Below are positions 52,720 through 64,000 of a stretch of 64,000 nucleotides of DNA, in pieces. Under the pieces are notes generated by a model. That model was not told the DNA's origin. It did not search any database and saw only the letters and a program-made list of their open reading frames with translations. This DNA comes from Eledone cirrhosa (lineage: Eukaryota). Within the stretch, counting starts at the first letter, position 1. Each line of letters opens with the position of its first letter. The stretch lies in the NCBI GenBank assembly GCA_964016885.1, contig OZ024753.1:33418001-33482000 (forward strand), in the 5' to 3' direction. A program made the position numbers and the translations under genes.

Positions 52720-53095
52720 TGGAGAGAGAGGTGCTGCACCCCAGCCGTTTTTATGAAAGATGGGTGAAAGTGGCGAGAATGGCCCGTGTGAATGGGCCTT
52801 CACTCTACATCAGACTATAGGTAGGAAGATGAAAGACCAAGGGAGCACCCCTTCTCTGTGCTCCTGAGGAAAAGGGTTGCACACTTTTTTTCAGGGGTGT
52901 GTGCGACCCCCCAAGGCGCCTCCTCTCTATTGAGGATTTTGTTATAAATTCTATTCTGTTATATTTTATTTTATTTTTATATTTTGTTATTGCCTCCTCC
53001 TTATTGAGGACACCTTGTTTTGTAAACTCCCCCCTTTGTACTTGTCCCACTTTTGATGCCCTGGTGGCAAATAAAAGAAACATATATTATTATTG
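52720..53095 (+). mobile_element. L1/Tx1-like LINE 3' end
   Basis: ORF end ..EREVLHPSRFYERWVKVARMARVNGPSLYIRL*, T-rich UTR, AATAAA, (ATT)n; interrupts an old S2-like SINE. Confidence 0.55.
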
Positions 53096-54070
53096 TTAGC
53101 CTTTAGTACGCTAGTAACCTTTATGAATTGTTTCCCTTGAGAATGCATTATTTATAGATTATTGTATGGTGCATTATGTCGCCATTAGTGTGCTAAAGAT
53201 TAGGTAGGTAAATAGCCGATATGTGATAGACCAAGTCTAACATTCAAGAAGGCTGCAGTGCAATTTGAATTGAGAAAGACTTGAAACAAATACCACAAGG
53301 CAACTAATTTGTCACTAACATTTTCTCCAATCCACAGTCTTAGACTGGTACTTTCTAGTATCAAAACCAAAAGGATAAATGGCAGAGCAGAGAGAGTTAA
53401 ATCAAATACCACAATAAAATAACTAACAGATATGAAAGAGAACATCAATACTGGAGTCAATATGATGGACTATATCCTATATCCTTTCAAGGTGGTGCCC
53501 CAGCGAAGATACAGCCTAATGACTGAAACCAATAAAAGAGTAAAAAAGAATCCCCTCAAACAGTTTATCTTCCAAGAAATAAACATTGGAATATTCTGAA
53601 GAATTTCCTACTCTAATTCAATAGACAACCTTCCATATATTTTAATATATTCTAATTCTTTATATTGAGCACAAATTGCTGTGAATATTTGCTGTGATAA
53701 ATAATGATTTGATGTGAGATAATTTGATTGAATTCAATCATGTTTAAAGTTACAATTTCTTTTGATTAATAAAATATATGGAAATTTAATACTATAAAAG
53801 AAAATGAAAGAGAAAAATGTGTTAGAATGTTATTAAAATCTTGCTATTTAAAATATAGGTATTTAAAAAAATATATTTTTCTGTATTATTGACATTAGAT
53901 TAATAAGATAAACATACAGAAACATAAATAATGCAAGAATGAGAAGACATTGAAGGTGGTTATTTTGTTTCTTTTACATCTTTAAATTTATAATATATGT
54001 ATACATGTAATCCATACACATGTACATGCATAGTATGTATATGTGTGCGTGTGCATGCGTGCGTGCATAT

Positions 54071-54117
<47 letters not shown>

Positions 54118-54300
54118 TGTGTGGGTGTATGCAGGGGTGAGAAAGAAAGAGTGTATTCCCAATGGAGGGTTCCTCACTATTTCAGCTGGTTATCAGGCAT
54201 GCAACCTACAAATATATATATATATGTCATTATCATCCTAATTTTACGTCCGCTCTTCCCTGCTCGCAAGGGTGGGATTATATATATAAATATATTATAT

Positions 54301-54643
54301 ATCATCATCATCATTTTACGTCCGCTTTTCCCTGCTTGCAAGGGTGGGACGGGAACTGATTCTGGCTTGATTTCTACAGCTGGATGCCCTTCCTAACACC
54401 AACCTCATTTACAGTGAGTGCTGGGTGCTGGGTGCTTTTTTGCCGTGGCACCACCATGACCACTTTGCAGTGGAATGATAGGGACCCCAGTCCTATCATC
54501 TCATTTCTACAGCTGAGTGAACTGGAACAATGTGAAATAAAGTGTCTTGCTCAAGGAAATAACACATCACCCGGTCTGAGAATAGAACTCACAACCTTTC
54601 GATTGCAAGTCCAATGCTCTAACCACTAAGCCATGTGCCTCCA
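54301..54643 (-). mobile_element. SINE S1 full length
   Basis: Reverse complement of 3448-3772; extra tail-only copy at 54228-54278. Confidence 0.9.
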
Positions 54644-56547
54644 TTTATATATATACTCTTTGTATGGCTTTGTGTAATAAACATAGAACATATACATTAA
54701 ATGAAGAACTCAAACTATTTATGGAGTCTATATAATATTAATTATATATACACACATGAAATATGCTGCATTATCATTCTTATCACCCAAAGATTTACAT
54801 CTAGTATATCCAATATTCTCCATTCCACTAACAGACAAAAACGAAATGTGCACACACACAGGCAGACAGACACACATACATACATACATACATACATACA
54901 CACACACAAATATAACAAGTATAAATTAGCCAATACCTCACCATACAAAATACAATTACTTACTCAGTTAAATAAAATTAAAACCACAAGAGAAAAAGCC
55001 TTTACCCCAGAGACATTTCATTAAGGGCTTATATCTACACAATATTAGAGGTTTGATACAATATATATAATTTTTCCTAACACAACACCACCAAACACTT
55101 TTTTTTATTTTTTACTTTTTTTGCGCTTTTTCTTTTATTCCTCCGGATGAAGGGCAAAGGCCCGATACATTGTCTATGTAACTCACTCTCTTTCTTTTAA
55201 GTGTGAAACTAATGCGACTATGTTAATGCATCCTTTCATTTGTTCGTTTGCTGTTTCCTTGATATATATGTGGTTAGCATTAGGAAGGGCATCCTGCCAT
55301 AGAAACCAAGCACAAAACAGTTCTGTACGAGCAAATAAGGTCACCTGACTTGACTTGCCTCAAACAGGACAATCCATTTAACCCTTACTAGTACCCGGAA
55401 AATGGACATTAAGCGATGGTGATGATATATACCTGGACCTATCTCTCTGCTTTCTCTTATCACTAAGAAATAGTACATGTGTATATTTACACAGGTATAT
55501 ATAATTTGAACACGTTCTTATGACTAATATGTAGTATAAGTGGATTTAAAAATATCAAGTAGGAACATCTTTTGTGACTTCTAATGTTATCAGTAACACT
55601 GAAATGAAAGTTTGCTCAGTCTTATATAATATTCAATAATTTATGAATTGAAAACTATGAGGTGGTATGCTGCTAGCTATCTTCACAAGTTAAGATATAT
55701 CCATCACAGCACGAAAGAGCTGCATTGATGAGAAGAGAAGCTATTGTTTCTTGATGTGAAGATTATACAATGAAGAAAACTCTAAAGCTACATGTTGTTG
55801 TTGTTGTTGTAAATCTGAAATATAGATAACACCATGTTTGTGCTGTTTTCATTTTTATTGTTTATTTTGTTGTTGCTATTGTTGTTCTTGGTGGTGTTGA
55901 TATTTCTACAATATCACTTGCTTCTTCATAACACATGGTTGGTCTTGTTGCTATTGTTGTTCTTGTTCTTGTTCTTGATGGTTTTGCTCTTAAAACAATG
56001 ACACTTGTTTCAACACAACATATGATTATCTTGTTGGTGTAGTATTGTTGTAGTTTAGAAATGGTATTATTCCAACAATAGTTCTTTCTACACGTCTTAT
56101 ATCTTATAACAGGTTTTTGATAAAGGTTTTTGTGCTCTTTCAATAATTAGCTTTGATTTTGATGCTGCAGTTGTTGTTATTGTTTTGGTTTAATTAATTG
56201 TTAATCTTAAAGTAATCGGTGTTACTAGAGTGGCAGTTTAACAGTTCTTATAATTTGATGACACTACTCTTTTATTGTTGCTCTTAAAATAACAGTTGCT
56301 GTATTAATGCTGATACTACAGTGACTTATATCTACAATTCCTATAGCTGGTCATTGATAAATGTTTTAGTGTTTCAAATACTGCCTTTGTTCTTCTTACT
56401 GCATTAACTAGCTGCATTTTCATTACTGCAGGTAATGCCTTCAGTCATGTTGCTGCTGAAGTTGGTTGCTATGTTTTCATTCTGGCTTCTTGCTATACTT
56501 ATCTTTGCTGCAGATGATGGTGTTGTTTACTGCTATGATAATTGCTG

Positions 56548-56708
56548 GTATTGATTGGCAGTATCGGTAGAGCGTCAGACACCATGCTTTGCAGCATAGA
56601 GTTATGGTCCTTTACATTCTCAGTTCAAATCCCGCCGAGGTTAACTTTGCCTTTCATCCTTACGGGGTTGATAAAATAATGTATCATTAATAAACTGGAG
56701 TAATTGCT
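56548..56708 (+). mobile_element. SINE S2
   Basis: Match to head and core. Confidence 0.8.
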
Positions 56709-56759
56709 GCTGTAGTTTGATATATCTAACATTCTTGAATGCAGCACTGAATTTTTATT

Positions 56760-57190
56760 TCACATATGTCCTATTTATTTGTCCCAGAAAGACTGTTGCA
56801 AGATTATCCCATGCGTTGGTGTTCATCTTCACCTTTAAAATATCTATTTGGCAGTCATGAAAGCACTTCTGTGGCTTGCACTGCAGTTTTTTGCCTTGTA
56901 ACAGCCCTTCATACAATAGTTTCTTTGGTTGTCTGCTGTCCTGTAGACATGCTCTGAGGCCTGACAACAGGGGACACTGTTTCATGATCATGATCTCAAT
57001 GGTTAGCACTCAGACCTGTTGTAGCACATCCATATCTGTTCTATAAGACCTGCATTAGATCTTAAGGCTGGAGCACAAGCATTGTTTGTGGAAAGGTTTA
57101 AGGTGCAGGATATGACCACAGTATTTTGTTCATGTCTCACGTCAATACAGCAAGGCTGTAAGCACACATGATTGATACACTCCAAATTTC
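56760..57190 (-). mobile_element. Degraded BovB-like RTE 3' fragment
   Basis: DSRQPKKLLYEGLLQGKK..KPQKCFHD...AWDNLA. Confidence 0.6.
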
Positions 57191-57248
57191 ATATGCACAC
57201 TGATATCTGACTGATATCTGACTGGTGTGTCTCCATCATATATATGAT

Positions 57249-57431
57249 GTGGATTGGCAGTATCGGTAGAGGGTCGGACACCATGCTTTGCAGCAAAGAG
57301 TTACGGCCCTTTATGATCTGAGTTCAAATCCCGCCAAGGTTAACGTTGCCTTTCATCCTTACGGGGTCGATAAAATAAAGTACCAGTAATACACTGGGTA
57401 ATTACTGGCCTTGTGTCAAAAGTAGAAACAA
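57249..57431 (+). mobile_element. SINE S2
   Basis: TSD atcatatat(at)atgatgt on both sides. Confidence 0.85.
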
Positions 57432-58153
57432 TCATATATATATGATGTACATGTAGCCTAACCTATACAAATATGTCTGTATATCATACAGTATACCTAT
57501 ATGTTTTCTATACATCATAGAATATCCCAATATGCTACACATATAGCATAGAGTTCACCAATATGATGTACATAGAACAGAGTATATTCCGATATCTAAT
57601 TATTCTATTATGGTGTTGATAATCCTAATTAATTATAAAACTTTTTACATGAACAATATCTTTATGGGAATTAGTTGTTTACGTTATTACACCTAGATGT
57701 CATGTCATATAGATTACACACACGCATATATTCCATGTATATGTGTGTATATATATATTTCATGCTGATATATATATATATATGTGTATGTATATATGCA
57801 TGTATATGTATATATTGTGTGTGTGTATATATATATATGTGTATGTATATATATAGATATATATATGTGCGTGTGTTTATATATATATATATATGTATAT
57901 GTATGTATATATATAGATATATATGTGCGTGTGTTTATATATATATATATATATATATAAATGAAGGTGTTTTTAATTGGAATACACAGATTCAGAACGA
58001 TAGACACACACACACACATGTTCATGAAACAATATGCTCATTAACCATCACATGGATCTAAATACTTACACATGTATGTTTATACACATATGCATATATA
58101 TATATACATATATATATATATACACATACGTATATCTATGTGCATAAATGTGT

Positions 58154-58192
<39 letters not shown>

Positions 58193-58252
58193 CGTTTATA
58201 TGTACAAAAGAAAAGAAGTGCACTGAATACATTGTGTCGAGAATACACGATT

Positions 58253-58287
<35 letters not shown>

Positions 58288-58976
58288 AATAGCTTTTTAT
58301 ATATTCATATGTATATACATATATTTACATATATATATATATATATACATACACACATACACATTACATGCATATAACATGCCATTATGAAGAAGCTATG
58401 CTACAAATATTAGTTGTGACAGCCATACCAAACAAATAACGATGTCTTTGAGATAATTGCTGGAAGCAACAACAACTACAACTACTGTACATGTTATAAT
58501 GTTTAAAGAACAACTGCAGAAACCATACAATCATTTGAGACCATAAAAATTCACCCACATAACCCCACACACCACCTACCTCCTCTAGTAATATATTCAA
58601 GGTTTCCATTTGTATAATAAAAAGAAATCATGCAATGAATGATACATTGAGAGGAAACAGCTGAAAATAAGCTAAGGATATTGAAGTTGTTTGGTTTTGT
58701 TGTTGTCTTATTCTATTCTATTTTATTTTACTGGTAAAGAAACTATATTTCTCTATATCCTGGCTAACATGGAGGTAGTTGCATAGTTTGTTCTGTGTAT
58801 ATTATATATACAATGATTATACTACATGTATATATATATATATATACATATACATACATACATATATATATATATACATATATATATATACACATATACA
58901 TATATATATATACACATATACATATATACATATATATACACATATACACATATATACATACATATATATATATACA

Positions 58977-59012
<36 letters not shown>

Positions 59013-59023
59013 TATAATATCTA

Positions 59024-59353
59024 TCATCATCATCATCATCATTCGTCGACTACTGTCGAGATGATGGATCTCACTCTCATGCCCCAGAATTCCCTGTCCC
59101 CCATCGCCGCCCCCAGGTCCTGTCTACTGATTCCCGTATCCCTAGAGATAACGTCAGGGAATGACAGCTTCCTACTCCTAGTCAGGCTGGAGTCAGGGTT
59201 CCAGAGCAAGAGAGCGTATATGATTTCATTGCTGGCACGGTGACAGTGGCCAACAAATTGAGCCCTCCGGGATTTTAGAAGGGCAGAGGCTCGAGGGAGT
59301 TTGCCATAGATTTTAGACAAGGTGGGATGTCGTTTCCAGGATAGGTTTTGCAC
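59024..59353 (-). mobile_element. RTE/RTEX-type LINE family D 3' fragment
   Basis: [59 protein letters not shown]; (TGA)n tail. Confidence 0.85.
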
Positions 59354-59520
59354 TATGTGTACATATCTGTTTATATATAAGTGTTTGAGTATACATAAAT
59401 ATATGCATACATATTTATATATCCGTGTGTATATTATATATATCGTCATCATCTACGTTAAACGGAGATGATGATGATATATATTTGAAATTTACACCAA
59501 CATTAATTTACACAATATCT

Positions 59521-59655
59521 TTCCAGCATAGTTACGATCTGAGTTCAAATCCTGCCGAGGTTGACTTTGCCTTTCATCCTTACGGAGTCGATGAAATAAA
59601 GTACCAGTAATGCACTGGGTAATTTGCTGGCCTTGTGCCTAAAGTAGAAACAATT
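59521..59655 (+). mobile_element. 5'-truncated SINE S2
   Basis: TSD attaattta(c/t)acaatatct at 59502-59520 and 59653-59671. Confidence 0.85.
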
Positions 59656-59819
59656 AATTTATACAATATCTATACTATATGTGTATGTATATAAGTGTGT
59701 ATGTATATAAGTGTGTATGTATATACACATATTGTATAGATATTGTATAAATTAATGTTGGGGTAAATTTCAAATATATATCATCATCATCTCCATTTGA
59801 CGTAGATGATGATGATGAT

Positions 59820-59997
59820 ATCATCATCATCATCATCAACGTTTAACGTCCGTGTTCCACGCTTGCATGGGTTTGGACGGGGGTATTCCCACTTGAGGCA
59901 AGAGTGATTGTCTTGCTCGCATAGGACTGTCTGGCAGGTTTTCTACAGTTGGATGCCCTTCCTAACACCAACCACATTTACAGTGTGGGACTGGGAG
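59820..59997 (-). mobile_element. RTE family A terminal fragment
   Basis: Near-identical to 33475-33655. Confidence 0.9.
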
Positions 59998-60038
59998 ATA
60001 TATATATATATTATATATATATATTATATATATCTATC

Positions 60039-60328
60039 TATCATCATCATTTTACGTCCACTTTTCCCTGCTTGCAAGGGTGGGACGGGAACTGATTCTG
60101 GCTTGATTTCTACAGCTGGATGCCCTTCCTAACACCAACCTCATTTACAGTGAGTGCTGGGTGCTTTTTTTGCTGTGGCACCTCCACGACCACTTTACAG
60201 TGGAATGATAGGGAGTAAACTGGAGCAATGTGAAATAAAGTGTCTTGCTCATCACCCGGTCTGAGAATTGAACTCACAACCTTTTGATTGCAAGGCCAAT
60301 GCTCTAACCACTAAGCCATGTGCCTCCA
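60039..60328 (-). mobile_element. SINE S1 with internal deletions
   Basis: Match to 54301-54643. Confidence 0.9.
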
Positions 60329-61869
60329 TGTGTGTATATATATATAAGTGTGTATGTATATATATGAATCTATGCAGAGAGAAAGTGAGAGAAAGGTGTT
60401 GGTACATTAAACAACACATATTCAATTGCATCTGAATGGGTTACATGTATTTACATCTTTGAAACTACTTGTAATGCATAAATAACTCAAAATGCCAGCA
60501 TGGAACATGGACACAATATGATGAAGATGATGATGGTAATGATGGTGATGATGATGATGATGTGTGTGTGTGTGTGTGTTTCTGGTTGTCTCTGGCAGCA
60601 ATGTTTGGTATTTTCTATGTTCTGTATAAACAGATATAGTTCTGCTCAACTATCAGACACTCAAAAAATCTTCATTACTAAAAAAAAAAAACAGCAACAA
60701 CATGATACAGCTTGTGTCATGAAAGGCATAAAGCTCTGCTTCAAAGTGTCTCATCCAACCCATGCCAGCAATGAAAAACTGTCATAAAAATTAATGAGGA
60801 TACACACAAAGATCTTTTCTTTATTTCGTTTAGTTTTCTTTTCTTCCTCACTTAAAGAAAAGTTATTTTTTATGGCATCAGCTACATTGTGATGAAACTA
60901 CCTAAAAATACCTAAAAATGTTTTAAAAAATAAATTCAAATGTTTATATATTTAACTAGTTGTGAAAATAAAAATTAGCATCAGAGTAGAGACTTAAATG
61001 TTCAATGTAATGCAGTCAGTGTTGTTATGTAATTTTTCAAGAATGTTTTGTTAATGTTTTCATGAGATACAGGCTGGTAAAAGTTAAAGAAGAATAAATT
61101 ATTTTTCTTATGATTCTTGATTTAAAGCATGCTAAAGCAGAATCAGAATATTTCATTCACTAAAATATGCATTGAAATAACTAAGGTAGACATATATCTA
61201 TCAAACATGCTGCACTGTTCTACACACACACACACACAATGTAATGGCGATGCCCCAGCATAGCCTCAGCCTGATGGCTGGAACACAGAATTATATATAT
61301 CATCGTTTAACATCCATTTTCCATGCTAACATATATATATATATATATGAGTGTCTATAGAAATAAATTTTACAATAAATTTAATTTATATATACATAGA
61401 GAGAGAGAGAGAGATAGAGAAAAAGAGAAAGAGGGAGAAAGAGAGAAAAAGAGAAAGAGAGAGAGAGAAAAAGAGAAAGAGAGATAGAGAAAGAGAGAGA
61501 GGGGGGTAATAAAATATAGTTACATAATTTCGTGCAGGTGCCAACATACACACAAACAGAGATGCATTTATTAAATTTGGCAGCTGCATAGCCCTTATGT
61601 AACGTTTTATCTATACAAACAATATATTTTTCACTTCTTCCGATATTTCAATAAAGAAAATAAAGTTTTCAAACTCAGTAACATTCTGTATAAAGACATT
61701 TAATGCTCTACATAAACACGTCTTGCATAGTTCCGGTCAATCTGTTGAGATTCATCTCACCGCTATAATTCATCTGATAGAATGTATTCAAATAGTAACA
61801 ACTCTGCACAGCTGAAAAATCTAGCTTGATACAATAGTTGATGCAGTGTTTCATTATATTCAATGAAAT

Positions 61870-62190
61870 ATGAAACATTCTAGGATGAAAATGGCACTAA
61901 GTGAAGAAAGAAAATTCTGTTTGAGGAATTATAGCAATGGTAGTGTAGGGGAGCAGAACATGGCAAGTAAACCAGAGAATGAAAAACAAACAAAAACTAA
62001 ATTCAGAATAATGTAATACGACATAGAAAAAAGAATGTTGAATATTATGTTGAAAGATAGAATTGTATGTGAAGAAATAATGAAGCCACAAGTTAGAGAT
62101 ATAATTCAAGAAATAGCAAAAACAAAGTAGTGAGGAACATGACATTTAGCCAGAATAGAAGACACTCATCTAATGGGCATTCATGATTTC
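61870..62190 (+). mobile_element. Ancient RTE fragment
   Basis: ..GAEHW/T..IEKRMLNIMLKDRIVCEEI..VRDIIQEIAKTK..HLARIEDT. Confidence 0.55.
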
Positions 62191-62342
62191 ACTCACAAAG
62201 TGATTTTTGGAGGCAGAATCCTCAAACCATAACTTTTTTTTTTTCTTGTTTGAAACATGATATAAATCTTTGTACATCTGACTGTTGAGCAGTGGGGTCT
62301 CTGTTTAAGCAGAACAGAGAATTACAACTGCCTGCAATGTGA

Positions 62343-62452
62343 AGGTGTGTGGCTTAGTGGTTACGGAGTTGGATTCACAATCGTGAGGTTGCGAGTTCAA
62401 TTCTTGGACTGGGTGGTCTGTTGTGTCCTTGAGAAAGACTTTATTTCACATT
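62343..62452 (+). mobile_element. Old tRNA-derived SINE head
   Basis: tggcttagtggtta A-box, gagttcaattc B-box, gtgtccttgag..agactttatttcaca core. Confidence 0.7.
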
Positions 62453-63014
62453 CCTCCTGCGACCAGTAGATAATATCAGCAATGGAAACATTGTTTCCTT
62501 GGTCTGATTCAATGAGATCCATCCCACTCAGGAAGCGAATGAGGTCTGGGATCTTTTCAATCGATCAGAGCAAGAGCGAGGAGTGTCAATGTGATCAAAA
62601 GGTACACCTGCACAAATATATACAATACATCTATAACAGACTTCCTTACAGTTTCTGTCTACCAAATTCACTCGCAGGGTATTAGCTAGCTTGCAGTTGC
62701 AAAACAGACCTATCTAATGTGCCTAGTGGTAAGATAGAACTCAAAACTATGAGATTGTGAAGTAAACTAGTTCCGTTTCATTCACTAAAGGTATTGGCAG
62801 ATGGTTTTTTTCACTGAATTAAACAGAATTTGTCCTGTAAGAGTCACTTTAGGTTGAAAGCAAAAATTGTTTGCTTAAATTTTTAATCTGTGTTAATAAT
62901 AAATATTAGCTCTATGGGTTTATATATATATATATATATAACCCTTATTGAGTTCTCTCTGGATGTTTATGTCTGTATTTATTATTACTACTATATATAT
63001 ATATATATATATAT

Positions 63015-63214
63015 ATAGGAAAAAGTATGACCCCGACGGCAGAGTTCAAGCCGTTTCGACGGCTATTTCTGGATTAGCCAGAAATAGCCGTCGAAACGGC
63101 TTGAGCTCTGCCATCGGAGTCATACTTTTTCTTATTTCCCACTCTACTACCCTAAGTATTGAGTACTCTGGTACGTTATGGTCCATCTGGTTCCTTACCA
63201 CATTTCCTTTGTTA
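63015..63214 (+). mobile_element. Fold-back family H1, further copy
   Basis: Arms centred on tatttctgga-tta-gccagaaata; tail as in 764-845. Confidence 0.75.
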
Positions 63215-63735
63215 TACATATATATATTCACACACATTTTGTAGATTAGTATGTACATGTCTTCCTATATATTTGTGTCATGTATTTTGTGGGCTCCTAG
63301 TCCATCTGACATATTAGTAGCTCTGTGATTAAATATTCCTTCCTTGCTATCAATGAAAACAGAGGTTAACTGATGATGATGATGATGATGCCTGCATGCA
63401 AAAATACCAGCACTAATATCTCCAATACTATCACTATTTCCATTACCACCACTACCATAAATAATAAAGTACAAGCACAACCAATACTATTAGTACATAC
63501 ACAAGTATCAACAACAGTCACCTATATAATTAAAGCTTGGTTCAGCTGGAACATCTGTCACAATCTAAGAAGTAAATCAAAGAACTGTCTTTATCAAATG
63601 ACACTTGGTTTTTGACAATTTAATCCTACGTTGGTTGATATAAAGGTTCTTGTCTGACTGGCTATCAGCCATTTGATAATATCTCCATGGTGAACAAACT
63701 ATTGCAGCTTATTTCTCCTCCATTACTGATAGTTC

Positions 63736-63766
<31 letters not shown>

Positions 63767-63836
63767 ATCATCATTATTATTACTATTGCTACTACATGAG
63801 CAAAAACAACCTATCATTAGAAGTTAACTCTTAGCA

Positions 63837-64000
63837 TGATCATCATCATCATTTTACGTCTGCTTTTCCCTGCTTGCAAGGGTGGGCCGGGAACTGACTC
63901 TGGCTTGATTTCTACAGTTGGATACCCTTCCTAACACCAACCTCATTTACAGTGAGTGCTGGGTACTTTTTTTGCCGTGGCACCTCCACGACCACTTTAC
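63837..64000 (-). mobile_element. SINE S1 3' half (runs off the window)
   Basis: Match to 60039-60200. Confidence 0.85.

Overview
Eukaryotic, very AT-rich, microsatellite-saturated non-coding DNA (intron or intergenic). The repeat families look like those of an octopus or other coleoid cephalopod; this is inference, not proven. No host protein-coding gene can be supported, and most ORF-track entries are translations of simple repeats. The recognisable content is retroelement debris: at least four RTE-clade LINE families (the best copy, 33475-35059 on the minus strand, has an open RT C-half with a PHD finger inside it), two tRNA-derived SINE families (one sharing its 3' tail with an RTE, one Nin/Deu-domain type with clear TSDs), and CR1-, Tx1/L1-, CRE- and hAT-like remnants. 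Most interesting: (i) about 10 short fold-back palindromes in (TA)n tracts carrying type-I hammerhead-ribozyme-like motifs, probably Penelope-like pLTR ends, with one family folding back at the likely hammerhead stem II; (ii) a non-coding ~600-bp element with a fixed, highly structured 5' end; (iii) an RTE family whose 3' UTR looks captured from a SINE; (iv) minisatellites born inside or at the junctions of retroelements. All alignments and RNA pairings were done by eye and coordinates are approximate.
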